In this document: one piece after another, positions 32,072 to 43,637 of the stretch
Layout: every line of letters begins with the position of its first letter
Position numbering within the stretch: position 1 is the stretch's first letter
NCBI GenBank assembly: GCA_964016885.1
Contig: OZ024741.1
Location: 284,084,001-284,148,000 of the forward strand
Source: Eledone cirrhosa
Taxonomy: Eukaryota
DNA: 64,000 bases
Direction: 5' to 3'
Translations under genes and position numbers: made by a program
Notes under the pieces: generated by a model
The model's database searches: none
Told to the model about the DNA's origin: nothing
What the model saw: only the letters and a program-made list of their open reading frames with translations

Positions 32072-32285
32072 GACCAACTACCTCCGGTTGGTGCGAGCAA
32101 CGGCTAAAAAAAGTCATTGGGACACGTAAATAAAGGGGACACGAGAGTGTAAACAAACAAAGATGGTGAAGCAACGAAAAGTGAGGAAGAAGGAGTCAAG
32201 TCCCAAATTTCCTTGAATATAATTTCGGTGAAATCGTGAACGAGAGAGAATAAAGACCATCAAACCTGGTTGGAATGTGAGCACA
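32067..32285. other. Orphan ~220-bp insert X
   Basis: Apparently identical copy at 42947-43165; similar short motifs at both ends (taaagacca..cc..ggttgg). Confidence 0.55.
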
Positions 32286-32296
32286 TATGTATATAT

Positions 32297-35200
32297 ATAT
32301 CATCATCATCATCATCATCATCATCAGGTTTAGCGTCCGTGTTCCACGCTTGCATGGGTTTGGACGGGGGTTTTCCCACTTGAGGCAAGAGTGGTTGTCT
32401 TGCTCGCATAGGACTGTCTGGCGGGTTTTCTACAGTTGGATGCCCTTCCTAACACCAACCACATTTACAGTGTGGGGCTGGGAGGTTTTTACCGTGTTGC
32501 CTACACGGCCACATTACAGCGTGGACTGTCTGGCGGGTTTTCTACAGCTGGATGCCCTTCCTAACACCAACCACATTTACAGTGTGGGGCTGGGAGGTTT
32601 TTACCGTGTTGCCTACACGGCCACATTTACAGCGTGGACTGTGTGTTTTTTGTCGTGACACCTACACGATCTCATTTGTTTTGGCCTGGATGTTGTGGGA
32701 CCAACATAACTTTACATTGAAAGGGGCGGTGTGGAGGGACGGGGGTGTGTTTTGATACAGGTGCCTACTGACTGTAGTAGGTTTTTACTTTGTATTTAGG
32801 TAAGGCGGGTCTTCTCTATTACTGAGTACCGCCAAAGGTCTCGGTCCAGTGACATTGTCTTGGAGAGGTGTAAGCGTGTGAGGTCGGAATTTATCAGCTC
32901 GTCCCATGTTTTTCTGGGTCTGCCTACTCCGTGGCTACCGTCTATCTTTATTGCCCTGCACTTTGTTATACAGCTGTCGTCTTTCATGCGCATCACGTGA
33001 CCGTACCAACGTAGCCTTCTCTCGAGTAAACAACATCTGATCCCTCTTATTTCTAATTTTTTCCTTAGTTCGTTTATGCTTTGCCGTTCACGTATATTAC
33101 TATTGCACATCCAGCGGAGCATGCAAGCTTCGTTCCTCTCTAGTCTGCGTATATCCTCTGCACACAATGCCCAGGTCTCACTGCCATGCAGCATTGCTGT
33201 TCGTATGCAGGCATCGTATAACCTGCCTTTCATTTTTAGGGAGAACCCTCTAGCGGCTAATAGTGGTATAAGCTCTCTGAACTTTTTCCATCCAGTTCTG
33301 ACTCTAGCTACTGTACTTTCAGAGCACCCTCCCCCACTGCTGATTTTGTCACCCAGATAACGGAAGCTGTCCACTATTTCTATAGAACCCTCTGCGCAGT
33401 TGAAGGAGCTAGTATTTTGTGGGCACTTGCTGCTACTTATTGCACCAGAGCACCGGCCACATGTAAAATCTATGTTCTTAGTTAGCTTACCTGTGATCCC
33501 ACTACATCTTTTATGCACCCATACTTTGCATTTGGGACATAAAATGGAGTTTCTACCTACGCCTTTCCTACACACTGAGCATGGCCATTTCCCCGATGGG
33601 ACCGCCGCCTTATTTTCTTTCCTACAAACTAGAACTTTAGTCTTAGCCAGGTTAATTTTAAGGCCTTTTGATTCTAGGCCGTGCTTCCACGTTTGGAATT
33701 TCTTCTCTAGTTCGGTCATTGATTCAGCTATGAGCGTTAGATCATCTGCATATAGGAGTTCCCATGGGCAGCCGGTCTTGAACTCCTCTGTTATAGCCTG
33801 AAGGGCAATAATAAATAGTAGGGGGCTAAGTACAGAGCCCTGATGGACACCAACTTTTACGCTAAACTCTTCACTATATTCGTTGTTAATTCTAACCTTA
33901 CTGACTGTTTCTTTATACATGGCTTGTATAGCTCTCACAAGCCATTCGTCAACACCTAGTTTTCTAAGAGACCACCAGATAATGGAACGGGGGACTCTGT
34001 CGAAGGCTTTCTCCAAGTCAACAAAAGCTAAGTATAGGGGTTTACTTTTAGCTAGGTACTTCTCCTGTAGTTGTCGTACAATGAAAAGAGCGTCTGTGGT
34101 ACTTTTGCCTGACACAAACCCGAACTGCATTTCATCTAGATCAATTCTCTCTCTGATTAGTTGCGCTATTACTTTTTCCGTGACCTTCATGACCTGGTCG
34201 ATTAATTTAATGCCTCTATAGTTACTCCTATCTAGGGCATCTCCTTTTCCCTTATAGCAGTTAACGATGATGCTGCTACGCCATTCCTTCGGAACAACCC
34301 CATTCTGTACGACTTGGTTAACTATCCGGGTGACCATGGTGTGTCCCACCGAACCAGATGCCTTCAGCATCTCAGCAACTATTTCCGAAGGCCCAGCCGC
34401 CTTACCCGTCTTCATATCTTTGATTGCCTTACTTATTATACTACCTTCAACTAACACTGCTGGTCCCTCTATTGGATCGATCTGGGGGAGACTGTCTTTC
34501 TCCCATTTGTTCTCCTCATTTAGAAGCCTTTCGTAGTGACACTTCCAAGCTACCTTCTTATCAGCGTCGGTGATGGCAAGTATGCCATCATCGTTAAGTA
34601 CACACTTCTCCCCGACAATATCACGGTTTTCCTTGACACATTGCCTGGCAATCCTGAACACCTCACGTTTTTGGTCCTCACGTTGTAGAACATGCTTGAA
34701 CTTTCTTTCCTCTGCTTCCCTTCTTGCGAAGTACACTTGTCTCCTAGCTTCCCTCCTGGCCACTTGATAGTCTTCTCTACTTCCCCCATCCCGCCATACT
34801 TTCCAAGCCTGCTTTTTGGCCTTAATTGACTCCTCCACCTTACTGTTCCACCACCATGTTACTCTCCTCCTACCTACAGGCCTGCTCCAGCCACAGACTT
34901 CGTCTGCCGCCGTCAGCAGGTTTGCTCTCAGGAATTCCCACTGTTCCTCTATATTATACGACTCTAATTGCTCTTCCTTACTGTCGAAAGCGTCAAGTAA
35001 TTTGCTTTGAAATTTATTTCTGGCTATGGGGTCCTTTAGCTTCCATATTTTTCTCCTGAGGATAGTCCTCTTTCGCTGTCTAGTACGTCTCGTCCTGACT
35101 ATGAGGTCGCTAATTATCAGTCTATGTTGGGAGGTGAATTCTTCATGGGGGTGGGATTTAGTGTTAACAACAGACACTCTGTCACGTCTTCTGGTAAGGA

Positions 35201-36280
35201 TATAATCTACCTGGCTTGTGTGTTCCCCCGATCTATAGGTGATCAAGTGATTGTCTCGTTTTTTGAAGTTAGTGTTACAGATAGTTAAGTTATTTGCGTC
35301 GCAGAATTCCAGGATTCTGGAGCCTTCCTCATTTCTAGTATCGAACCCATAGCCTCCATGGATTCCGTCATAGCCGTCACAATGTTGTCCAACGTGACCA
35401 TTTAGGTCGCCTGCAATAACTATATAGTCACTGTCGGTTATTTGGGAGGTAGCGAGCATCAGTGTCTCGTAGAATCTGTCTTTTATAGCGCGGGGCTGTC
35501 CGGATTGGGGTGCGTACGCAGATATTACTGTCACCGTAGTTTTATTGAGGACAAGTCTTATTTTAATTATTCTGTCGTTCACTCTATTTACGTCTATTAT
35601 CTTATCTGCCCACTTTTCTGCTACCATGATTCCTACCCCACCCAACCCATTGTCATTTCCCACCCAGAAAAGCTTATAGCATCGCTCTTTACCCACGATG
35701 AATCTAGCCGACCCTCCCCTCCACCTGGTCTCTTGAATACAACAAACATCGACCTCCTTACGTTCAAGCATTTCTACAACCTCGTTAGAGCGACCCTTTA
35801 AGGTGCCTACATTCATGGTACCAACTCTGAAGTTTTGGATTGCGTTTGGAGGGTGGGAGCGGTGGGGCGCGGGGGGGATGGGGTTATGTTAGCCATCCTG
35901 GGCCGAAACAAGGAGGAGTGCTTGCATTCTCGTCCACGAGGTGAATTTGGCTTTATCTTTGGCATTGTCGCTGAGCGTCCACATTTTTCTCTCTTCAACT
36001 CTCCAGAATTCCGTAGTCCATCCATCATATCGAAAAGCAACCAGTTAAGCGATAGTATGGGCCTCTGACTTATGATTGGTCCACGTAATAATGGTGGTGC
36101 GTGGGGGCGGGAGGGAGGGATGATGGGTTGTTAGCGAGAATGTAAGGTTTAAGATAAGATCGCCGTATTTTGGGCATGATTTAACAATAAACGAAAATAC
36201 AAGATTTGTTTTGTTTAAGAAATTACGATAGAGAAAATGCGGTGATAGGGGAAGTATGATTTTTAGAGAAAAGATATGAT
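32297..36280 (-). mobile_element. RTE family A, full-length
   Basis: 5' leader, APE-RT-PHD ORF, 3' UTR with ~119-bp tandem duplication, (GAT)n tail. Confidence 0.95.
32796..35816 (-). CDS. RTE ORF: APE endonuclease + reverse transcriptase + PHD finger
   Basis: 1006-aa open frame; APE motifs NVGTL, IQETR, YAPQ, GDLNGH, VDYIL, SQHRL; RT motifs [24 protein letters not shown]; the upstream MPKIK leader is frameshifted in a C run. Confidence 0.9.
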   Translation of the reverse strand: MNVGTLKGRSNEVVEMLERKEVDVCCIQETRWRGGSARFIVGKERCYKLFWVGNDNGLGGVGIMVAEKWADKIIDVNRVNDRIIKIRLVLNKTTVTVISAYAPQSGQPRAIKDRFYETLMLATSQITDSDYIVIAGDLNGHVGQHCDGYDGIHGGYGFDTRNEEGSRILEFCDANNLTICNTNFKKRDNHLITYRSGEHTSQVDYILTRRRDRVSVVNTKSHPHEEFTSQHRLIISDLIVRTRRTRQRKRTILRRKIWKLKDPIARNKFQSKLLDAFDSKEEQLESYNIEEQWEFLRANLLTAADEVCGWSRPVGRRRVTWWWNSKVEESIKAKKQAWKVWRDGGSREDYQVARREARRQVYFARREAEERKFKHVLQREDQKREVFRIARQCVKENRDIVGEKCVLNDDGILAITDADKKVAWKCHYERLLNEENKWEKDSLPQIDPIEGPAVLVEGSIISKAIKDMKTGKAAGPSEIVAEMLKASGSVGHTMVTRIVNQVVQNGVVPKEWRSSIIVNCYKGKGDALDRSNYRGIKLIDQVMKVTEKVIAQLIRERIDLDEMQFGFVSGKSTTDALFIVRQLQEKYLAKSKPLYLAFVDLEKAFDRVPRSIIWWSLRKLGVDEWLVRAIQAMYKETVSKVRINNEYSEEFSVKVGVHQGSVLSPLLFIIALQAITEEFKTGCPWELLYADDLTLIAESMTELEKKFQTWKHGLESKGLKINLAKTKVLVCRKENKAAVPSGKWPCSVCRKGVGRNSILCPKCKVWVHKRCSGITGKLTKNIDFTCGRCSGAISSSKCPQNTSSFNCAEGSIEIVDSFRYLGDKISSGGGCSESTVARVRTGWKKFRELIPLLAARGFSLKMKGRLYDACIRTAMLHGSETWALCAEDIRRLERNEACMLRWMCNSNIRERQSINELRKKLEIRGIRCCLLERRLRWYGHVMRMKDDSCITKCRAIKIDGSHGVGRPRKTWDELINSDLTRLHLSKTMSLDRDLWRYSVIEKTRLT

Positions 36281-36330
36281 ATATATATATATATATATGT
36301 ATGTATATACACATGTATATATGTATATAT

Positions 36331-36733
36331 ATGACCCCTTAGCCTTTGTCAAGGCAGAATTCTAGGAGAAGGAAAACTCTGATATAACACCTGCAACCCT
36401 GATGGTATCCAATGATGTTGACTTGTTCTTCTTTTTGGTAAATATCATCTTGGTTAAGAGAGTGGGACTGGCTTTGTGCAGTGCCTTTACTCACTATAAA
36501 AGCTTCACGGCACAGGCATTGCTTTATATCTGGAGAGCTCTCTGCACTTGTTGTCACATGGTACCATGGGCCCAGCACTATGTATCAATAATTGTCACAA
36601 GTGTAGTGTTTGTACCAGAGTTTTCAAGTCGCTGGCTGGACTAAAAAGTCACACTCGTTCAGGGCATTGGTAGGGGTTCTCCTACATGGATCTAAAGTAG
36701 TGGCCGTACTCGAAAACGAGTTGGCAGCCACCA
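36331..36733 (+). mobile_element. Bipartite RTE derivative, truncated copy
   Basis: Homologous to 10015-10415; same breakpoint as 43235-43637. Confidence 0.75.
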
Positions 36734-36751
36734 TATATATATATATATACA

Positions 36752-36790
<39 letters not shown>

Positions 36791-36824
36791 TATGTATGTA
36801 TATATATATATATACATATATATG

Positions 36825-36867
<43 letters not shown>

Positions 36868-36868
36868 G

Positions 36869-36917
<49 letters not shown>

Positions 36918-36962
36918 GTATGTATATACATATATATATATATATATATATACATATGTATG

Positions 36963-37001
<39 letters not shown>

Positions 37002-37010
37002 GTATGTATA

Positions 37011-37329
37011 TATCATCATTCATCATCATTTCATTTTACGTCCGCTTTTTCCCTGCCTGCAAGGGTGGGACGGGAACTGATTCTGGCTTGATTTCTACAG
37101 CTGGATGCCCTTCCTAACACCAACCTCATTTACAGTGAGTGCTGGGTGCTTTTTTGCCGTGGCACCTCCACAACAACTTTGCAGTGGAATGATATGGACC
37201 TCAGACCCTATCATCTCATTTCTACAGCTGAGTAAACTGGAGCAATGTGAAACCCGGTCTGAGAATTGAACTCACAACCTTTCGATTGTAAGGTCAATGC
37301 TCTAACCACTAAGCCATGTGCCTCCACTA
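37011..37329 (-). mobile_element. tRNA-derived SINE with chimeric RTE-C/RTE-B 3' tail
   Basis: Head gtggaggcaca-TGGCTTAGTGG (A box)...GAGTTCAATTC (B box); tail matches the family C 3' UTR and then the family B terminus; (GAT)-like tail. Confidence 0.85.
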
Positions 37330-37381
37330 TATATATATATACATATGTATATATATATATATATATATGTATGTATATAAA

Positions 37382-37765
37382 TGGAGAGAAATGAGGCAAG
37401 CATGCTCGTTGGATGTGCAGTGTCAATGTGCATGAACGACTCAGCATGAATGTGTTGAGAGAGAAACTGTGTGAGAGGGATAGAATGTAGTGTGCGAGAG
37501 AGGAGACTGAGGTGGTATGGACATGTGATGCGCATGGAGGATGACCGATGGGTGAAGAAGTGCCAGGAATTGCCAGTTGAAGGAAGACGTGGTAGAGGTA
37601 GACCACGAAAAACATGGGCGGAGGTGGTGAGAACAGACCTCAGATCATTGAAGCTCATGGTGGAGATGACGAGGGACCGTGACGAGTGGAGAGATGCTGT
37701 GCTGAATAAGACCCGTCCCACCCTTGCAAGCAGGGAAAAGCGGACGTAAAATGATGATGGTGATA
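37382..37765 (+). mobile_element. RTE family B 3' end (duplicate of ~31173-31555)
   Basis: Shares the same frameshifts and the downstream C-tip junction with the copy at 31.2-31.6 kb. Confidence 0.9.
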
Positions 37766-37834
37766 TATATATACATACATATCATCATCATCATCACCGT
37801 TTTACGTCCGTTCTTCCACGCTAGCATGGGTTAG

Positions 37835-37883
<49 letters not shown>

Positions 37884-37884
37884 C

Positions 37885-37927
<43 letters not shown>

Positions 37928-37932
37928 CATAC

Positions 37933-38026
<94 letters not shown>

Positions 38027-38028
<2 letters not shown>

Positions 38029-38858
38029 AAATCGCCAACTCGCTATTTCTGGGATGGCTGTTTCCTTCGGTATAAAGTAACGTTCAAATTTTTCTCGATT
38101 CTTCTCTCCATTCGAACCCATTCATTCAATCACTTCTATGTCCTAATTTCACACTATATCATATTTTCACCATTCTATATCATATCTTTTCTCTAAAAAT
38201 CATATTTTCCCTATCACCGCATTTTCTCTATCGTATTTTCTTAAACAAAACAAATCTTGTATTGTCGTTTATTGTTAAATTATGCCCAAAATACGGCGAT
38301 CTTATCTTAAACCTTACATTCTGTCATATTTTCATATTCTGTCGTATTTTCATATCAAAACAAATCACTATTATATATTCCTTTAAATATAATTTGTTAA
38401 ACTCGCTAAGTTTTACGCAAAACTTCGAGTACCTATTTAAACTCTTAATCTCTGCTCCATCCCATCTTCTACCCCCTACCCATTCATCATGCTGGTTCCT
38501 GCCCCCTCACCCCCCCTTCCTCCCTCTCTATACATATAAGATAAAACCCTACCAAAATTAATCAAAATCGCCAACTCGCTATTTCTGGGATGGCTGTTTC
38601 CTTCGGTATAAAGTAACGTTCAAATTTTTCTCGATTCTTCTCTCCATTCGAACCCATTCATTCAATCACTTCTATGTCCTAATTTCACACTATATCATAT
38701 TTTCACCATTCTATATCATATCTTTTCTCTAAAAATCATATTTTCCCTATCACCGCATTTTCTCTATCGTATTTTCTTAAACAAAACAAATCTTGTATTG
38801 TCGTTTATTGTTAAATTATGCCCAAAATACGGCGATCTTATCTTAAACCTTACATTCT
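38027..38858 (+). repeat. 5' extension of RTE-A made of a 536-bp unit plus a partial tandem copy
   Basis: caaaatcgccaactcgctatttctggg begins at 38027 and again at 38563; the distal part is also present at 36120-36280 on the minus strand. Confidence 0.8.
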
Positions 38859-38892
38859 CGCTAACAACCCATCATCCCTCACGCACCACCAT

Positions 38893-38912
38893 TATTACGT
38901 GGACCAATCATA
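38893..38912 (+). promoter_or_regulatory. Putative internal promoter motif (TTACGTGG + CCAAT box)
   Basis: tattacgtggaccaatca is present at the 5' end of all four 5'-complete A copies and is duplicated at 44343-44410. Confidence 0.4.
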
Positions 38913-39017
38913 AGTCAGAGGCCCATACTATCGCTTAACTGGTTGCTTTTCGATATGATGGATGGACTACGGAATTCTGGAGAGTTGAAGAGAGAAAAAT
39001 GTGGACGCTCAGCGACA

Positions 39018-42000
39018 ATGCCAAAGATAAAGCCAAATTCACCTCGTGGACGAGAATGCAAGCACTCCTCCTTGTTTCGGCCCAGGATGGCTAACATAAC
39101 CCCATCCCCCCCCCCCCCCGCGCCCCACCGCTCCCACCCTCCAAGCGCAATCCAAAACTTCAGAGTTGGTACCATGAATGTAGGCACCTTAAAGGGTCGC
39201 TCTAACGAGGTTGTAGAAATGCTTGAACGTAAGGAGGTCGATGTTTGTTGTATTCAAGAGACCAGGTGGAGGGGAGGGTCGGCTAGATTCATCGTAGGTA
39301 AAGAACGATGCTATAAGCTTTTCTGGGTGGGAAATGACAATGGGTTGGGTGGGGTAGGAATCATGGTAGCAGAAAAGTGGGCAGATAAGATAATAGACGT
39401 AAATAGAGTGAACGACAGAATAATTAAAATAAGACTTGTCCTCAATAAAACTACGGTGACAGTAATATCTGCGTACGCACCCCAATCCGGATTGCCCGGC
39501 GCTATAAAGGACAGATTCTACGAGACACTGATGCTCGCTACCTCCCAAATAACCGACAGTGACTATATAGTTATTGCAGGCGACCTAAATGGTCACGTTG
39601 GACAACATTGTGACGGCTATGACGGAATCCATGGAGGCTATGGGTTCGGTACTAGAAATGAGGAAGGCTCCAGAATCCTGGAATTCTGCGACGCAAATAA
39701 CTTAACTATCTGTAACACTAACTTCAAAAAACGTGACAATCACCTGATCACCTATAGATCCGGGGAACACACAAGCCAGGTAGATTATATCCTTACCAGA
39801 AGACGTGACAGAGTGTCTGTTGTAAACACTAAATCCCTCCCCCATGAAGAATGCACCTCCCAACATAGACTGATAATTAGCGACCTCATAGTCAGGACGA
39901 GACGTACTAGACAGCGGAAGAGGACTATCCTCAGGAGAAAAATATGGAAGCTAAAGGACCCCATAGCCAGAAATAAATTTCAAAGCATATTACTTGACGC
40001 TTTCGACAGTAAGGAAGAGCAATTAGAGTCGTATAATATAGAGGAACAGTGGGAATTCCTGAGAGCAAACCTGCTGACGGCGGCAGACGAAGTCTGTGGC
40101 TGGAGCAGGCCTGTAGGTAGGAGGAGAGTAACATGGTGGTGGAACAGTAAGGTGGAGGAGTCAATTAAGGCCAAAAAGCAGGCTTGGAAAGTATGGCGGG
40201 ATGGGGGAAGTAGAGAAGACTATCAAGTGGCCAGGAGGGAAGCTAGGAGACAAGTGTACTTCGCAAGAAGGGAAGCAGAGGAAAGAAAGTTCAAGCATGT
40301 TCTACAACGTGAGGACCAAAAACGTGAGGTGTTCAGGATTGCCAGGCAATGTGTCAAGGAAAACCGTGATATTGTCGGGGAGAAGTGTGTACTTAACGAT
40401 GATGGCATACTTGCCATCACCGATGCTGATAAGAAGGTAGCTTGGAAGTGTCACTACGAAAGGCTTCTAAATGAGGAGAACAAATGGGAGAAAGACAGTC
40501 TCCCCCAGATCGATCCAATAGAGGGACCAGCAGTGTTAGTTGAAGGTAGTATAATAAGTAAGGCAATCAAAGATATGAAGACGGGTAAGGCGGCTGGGCC
40601 TTCGGAAATAGTTGCTGAGATGCTGAAGGCATCTGGTTCGGTGGGACACACCATGGTCACCCGGATAGTTAACCAAGTCGTACAGAATGGGGTTGTTCCG
40701 AAGGAATGGCGTAGCAGCATCATCGTTAACTGCTATAAGGGAAAAGGAGATGCCCTAGATAGGAGTAACTATAGAGGCATTAAATTAATCGACCAGGTCA
40801 TGAAGGTCACGGAAAAAGTAATAGCGCAACTAATCAGAGAGAGAATTGATCTAGATGAAATGCAGTTCGGGTTTGTGTCAGGCAAAAGTACCACAGACAC
40901 TCTTTTCATTGTACGACAACTACAGGAGAAGTACCTAGCTAAAAGTAAAACCCTATACTTAGCTTTCGTCGACTTGGAGAAAGCCTTCGACAGAGTCCCC
41001 CGTTCCATTATCTGGTGGTCTCTTAGAAAACTAGGTGTTGACGAATGGCTTGTGAGAGCTATACAAGCCATGTATAAAGAAACAGTCAGTAAGGTTAGAA
41101 TTAACAACGAATATAGTGAAGAGTTTAGCGTAAAAGTTGGTGTCCATCAGGGCTCTGTTCTTAGCCCCCTACTATTTATTATTGCCCTTCAGGCTATAAC
41201 AGAGGAGTTCAAGACCGGCTGCCCATGGGAACTCCTATACGCAGATGATCTAACGCTCATAGCTGAATCAATGACCGAACTAGAGAAGAAATTCCAAACA
41301 TGGAAGCACGGCCTAGAATCAAAAGGCCTTAAAATTAACCTGGCTAAGACTAAAGTTCTAGTTTGTAGGAAAGAAAATAAGGCGGCGGTCCCATCTGGGA
41401 AATGGCCATGCTCAGTGTGTAGGAAAGGCGTAGGTAGAAACTCCATTTTGTGTCCCAAATGCAAAGTATGGGTGCATAAAAGATGTAGTGGGATCACAGG
41501 TAAGCTAACTAAGAACATAGATTTTACATGTGGCCGGTGCTCTGGTGCAATAAGTAGCAGCAAGTGCCCACGAAATACTAGCTCCTTCAACTGCGCAGAG
41601 GGTTCTATAGAAATAGTGGACAGCTTCCGTTATCTGGGTGACAAAATCAGCAGTGGGGGAGGGTGCTCTGAAAGTACAGTAGCTAGAGTCAGAACTGGAT
41701 GGAAAAAGTTCAGAGAGCTTATACCACTATTAGCCGCTAGAGGGTTCTCCCTAAAAATGAAAGGCAGGTTATACGATGCCTGCATACGAACAGCAATGCT
41801 GCATGGCAGTGAGACCTGGGCATTATGTGCAGAGGATATACGCAGACTAGAGAGGAACGAAGCTTGCATGCTCCGCTGGATGTGCAATAGTAATATACGT
41901 GAACGGCAAAGCATAAACGAACTAAGGAAAAAATTAGAAATAAGAGGGATCAGATGTTGTTTACTCGAGAGAAGGCTACGTTGGTACGGTCACGTGATGC

Positions 42001-42194
42001 GCATGAAAGACGACAGCTGTATAACAAAGTGCAGGGCAATAAAGATAGACGGTAGCCACGGAGTAGGCAGACCCAGAAAAACATGGGACGAGCTGATAAA
42101 TTCCGACCTCACACGCTTACACCTCTCCAAGACAATGTCACTGGACCGAGACCTTTGGCGGTACTCAGTAATAGAGAAGACCCGCCTTACCTAA
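39018..42194 (+). CDS. RTE ORF: APE endonuclease + reverse transcriptase + PHD finger
   Basis: Frame open from 38943; probable start MPKIK at 39018 (conserved in the other A copies); all APE and RT motifs intact; C4HC3 at 41409-41540. Confidence 0.92.
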   Translation: MPKIKPNSPRGRECKHSSLFRPRMANITPSPPPPAPHRSHPPSAIQNFRVGTMNVGTLKGRSNEVVEMLERKEVDVCCIQETRWRGGSARFIVGKERCYKLFWVGNDNGLGGVGIMVAEKWADKIIDVNRVNDRIIKIRLVLNKTTVTVISAYAPQSGLPGAIKDRFYETLMLATSQITDSDYIVIAGDLNGHVGQHCDGYDGIHGGYGFGTRNEEGSRILEFCDANNLTICNTNFKKRDNHLITYRSGEHTSQVDYILTRRRDRVSVVNTKSLPHEECTSQHRLIISDLIVRTRRTRQRKRTILRRKIWKLKDPIARNKFQSILLDAFDSKEEQLESYNIEEQWEFLRANLLTAADEVCGWSRPVGRRRVTWWWNSKVEESIKAKKQAWKVWRDGGSREDYQVARREARRQVYFARREAEERKFKHVLQREDQKREVFRIARQCVKENRDIVGEKCVLNDDGILAITDADKKVAWKCHYERLLNEENKWEKDSLPQIDPIEGPAVLVEGSIISKAIKDMKTGKAAGPSEIVAEMLKASGSVGHTMVTRIVNQVVQNGVVPKEWRSSIIVNCYKGKGDALDRSNYRGIKLIDQVMKVTEKVIAQLIRERIDLDEMQFGFVSGKSTTDTLFIVRQLQEKYLAKSKTLYLAFVDLEKAFDRVPRSIIWWSLRKLGVDEWLVRAIQAMYKETVSKVRINNEYSEEFSVKVGVHQGSVLSPLLFIIALQAITEEFKTGCPWELLYADDLTLIAESMTELEKKFQTWKHGLESKGLKINLAKTKVLVCRKENKAAVPSGKWPCSVCRKGVGRNSILCPKCKVWVHKRCSGITGKLTKNIDFTCGRCSGAISSSKCPRNTSSFNCAEGSIEIVDSFRYLGDKISSGGGCSESTVARVRTGWKKFRELIPLLAARGFSLKMKGRLYDACIRTAMLHGSETWALCAEDIRRLERNEACMLRWMCNSNIRERQSINELRKKLEIRGIRCCLLERRLRWYGHVMRMKDDSCITKCRAIKIDGSHGVGRPRKTWDELINSDLTRLHLSKTMSLDRDLWRYSVIEKTRLT

Positions 42195-42701
42195 ATACAA
42201 AGTAAAAACCTACTACAGTCAGTAGGCATTTCTATCAAAACACACCCCCGTCCCACCACCTCCACCCCACCCACACCGCCCCTTTCAATGTAAAGTTATG
42301 TTGGTCCCACAACATCCAGGCCGAAACAAATGAGATCGTGTAGGTGTCACAACAAAAAACACACAGTCCACGCTGTAAATGTGGCCGTGTAGGCAACACG
42401 GTAAAAACCTCCCAGCCCCACACTGTAAATGTGGTTGGTGTTAGGAAGGGCATCCAGCTGTAGAAAACCCGCCAGACAGTCCACGCTGTAATGTGGCCGT
42501 GTAGGCAACACGGTAAAAACCTCCCAGCCCCACACTGTAAATGTGGTTGGTGTTAGGAAGGGCATCCAACTGTAGAAAACCCGCCAGACAGTCCTATGCG
42601 AGCAAGACAACCACTCTTGCCTCAAGTGGGAAAACCCCCGTCCAAACCCATGCAAGCGTGGAACACGGACGCTAAACCTGATGATGATGATATATACATA
42701 C

Positions 42702-42732
<31 letters not shown>

Positions 42733-42759
42733 CATACATATGTATATATATATATATAT

Positions 42760-42790
<31 letters not shown>

Positions 42791-42829
42791 CATACATATA
42801 TATATATATATACATACATATATATATAT

Positions 42830-42884
<55 letters not shown>

Positions 42885-42946
42885 CATACATATGTATATA
42901 TATATATATATACATACATATGTATATATATATATATATATATATA

Positions 42947-43164
42947 TTAAAGACCAACTACCTCCGGTTGGTGCGAGCAACGGCTAAAAAAAGTCATTGG
43001 GACACGTAAATAAAGGGGACACGAGAGTGTAAACAAACAAAGATGGTGAAGCAACGAAAAGTGAGGAAGAAGGAGTCAAGTCCCAAATTTCCTTGAATAT
43101 AATTTCGGTGAAATCGTGAACGAGAGAGAATAAAGACCATCAAACCTGGTTGGAATGTGAGCAC

Positions 43165-43165
<1 letters not shown>
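42947..43165. other. Orphan insert X, second copy
   Basis: Matches 32067-32285. Confidence 0.55.
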
Positions 43166-43210
<45 letters not shown>

Positions 43211-43234
43211 ATACATATGTATATATGTATATAT

Positions 43235-43637
43235 ATGACCCCTTAGCCTTTGTCAAGGCAGAATTCTAGGAGAAGGAAAACTCTGATATAACACCTGCAA
43301 CCCTGATGGTATCCAATGATGTTGACTTGTTCTTCTTTTTGGTAAATATCATCTTGGTTAAGAGAGTGGGACTGGCTTTGTGCAGTGCCTTTACTCACTA
43401 TAAAAGCTTCACGGCACAGGCATTGCTTTATATCTGGAGAGCTCTCTGCACTTGTTGTCACATGGTACCATGGGCCCAGCACTATGTATCAATAATTGTC
43501 ACAAGTGTAGTGTTTGTACCAGAGTTTTCAAGTCGCTGGCTGGACTAAAAAGTCACACTCGTTCAGCGCATTGGTAGGGGTTCTCCTACATGGATATAAA
43601 GTAGTGGCCGTACTCGAAAACGAGTTGGCAGCCACCA
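43235..43637 (+). mobile_element. Bipartite RTE derivative, truncated copy
   Basis: Near-identical to 36331-36733. Confidence 0.75.

Larger units (their letters stand above)
38027..42690 (+). mobile_element. RTE family A, full-length, potentially active
   Basis: Uninterrupted ORF, complete 3' UTR with tandem duplication and tail; near-identical inverted twin of 32297-36280. Confidence 0.95.

Noticed and set aside
33076-35059. Antisense ORFs overlapping the RTE ORFs
   Set aside because: Shadow frames; they recur only because the element is repeated.
32285-36331. Target-site duplications around the LINEs
   Set aside because: Cannot be distinguished within TA repeats.
37255-37329. Functional tRNA gene (Val-like head)
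   Set aside because: Acceptor and anticodon stems are imperfect and it continues into a LINE-derived tail, so it is a SINE head.
39030-39105. HDV-like ribozyme in the RTE-A 5' region (acctcgt...ggctaa)
   Set aside because: P2 cannot be formed, the L3-like motif is not conserved among copies, and the region is probably coding.
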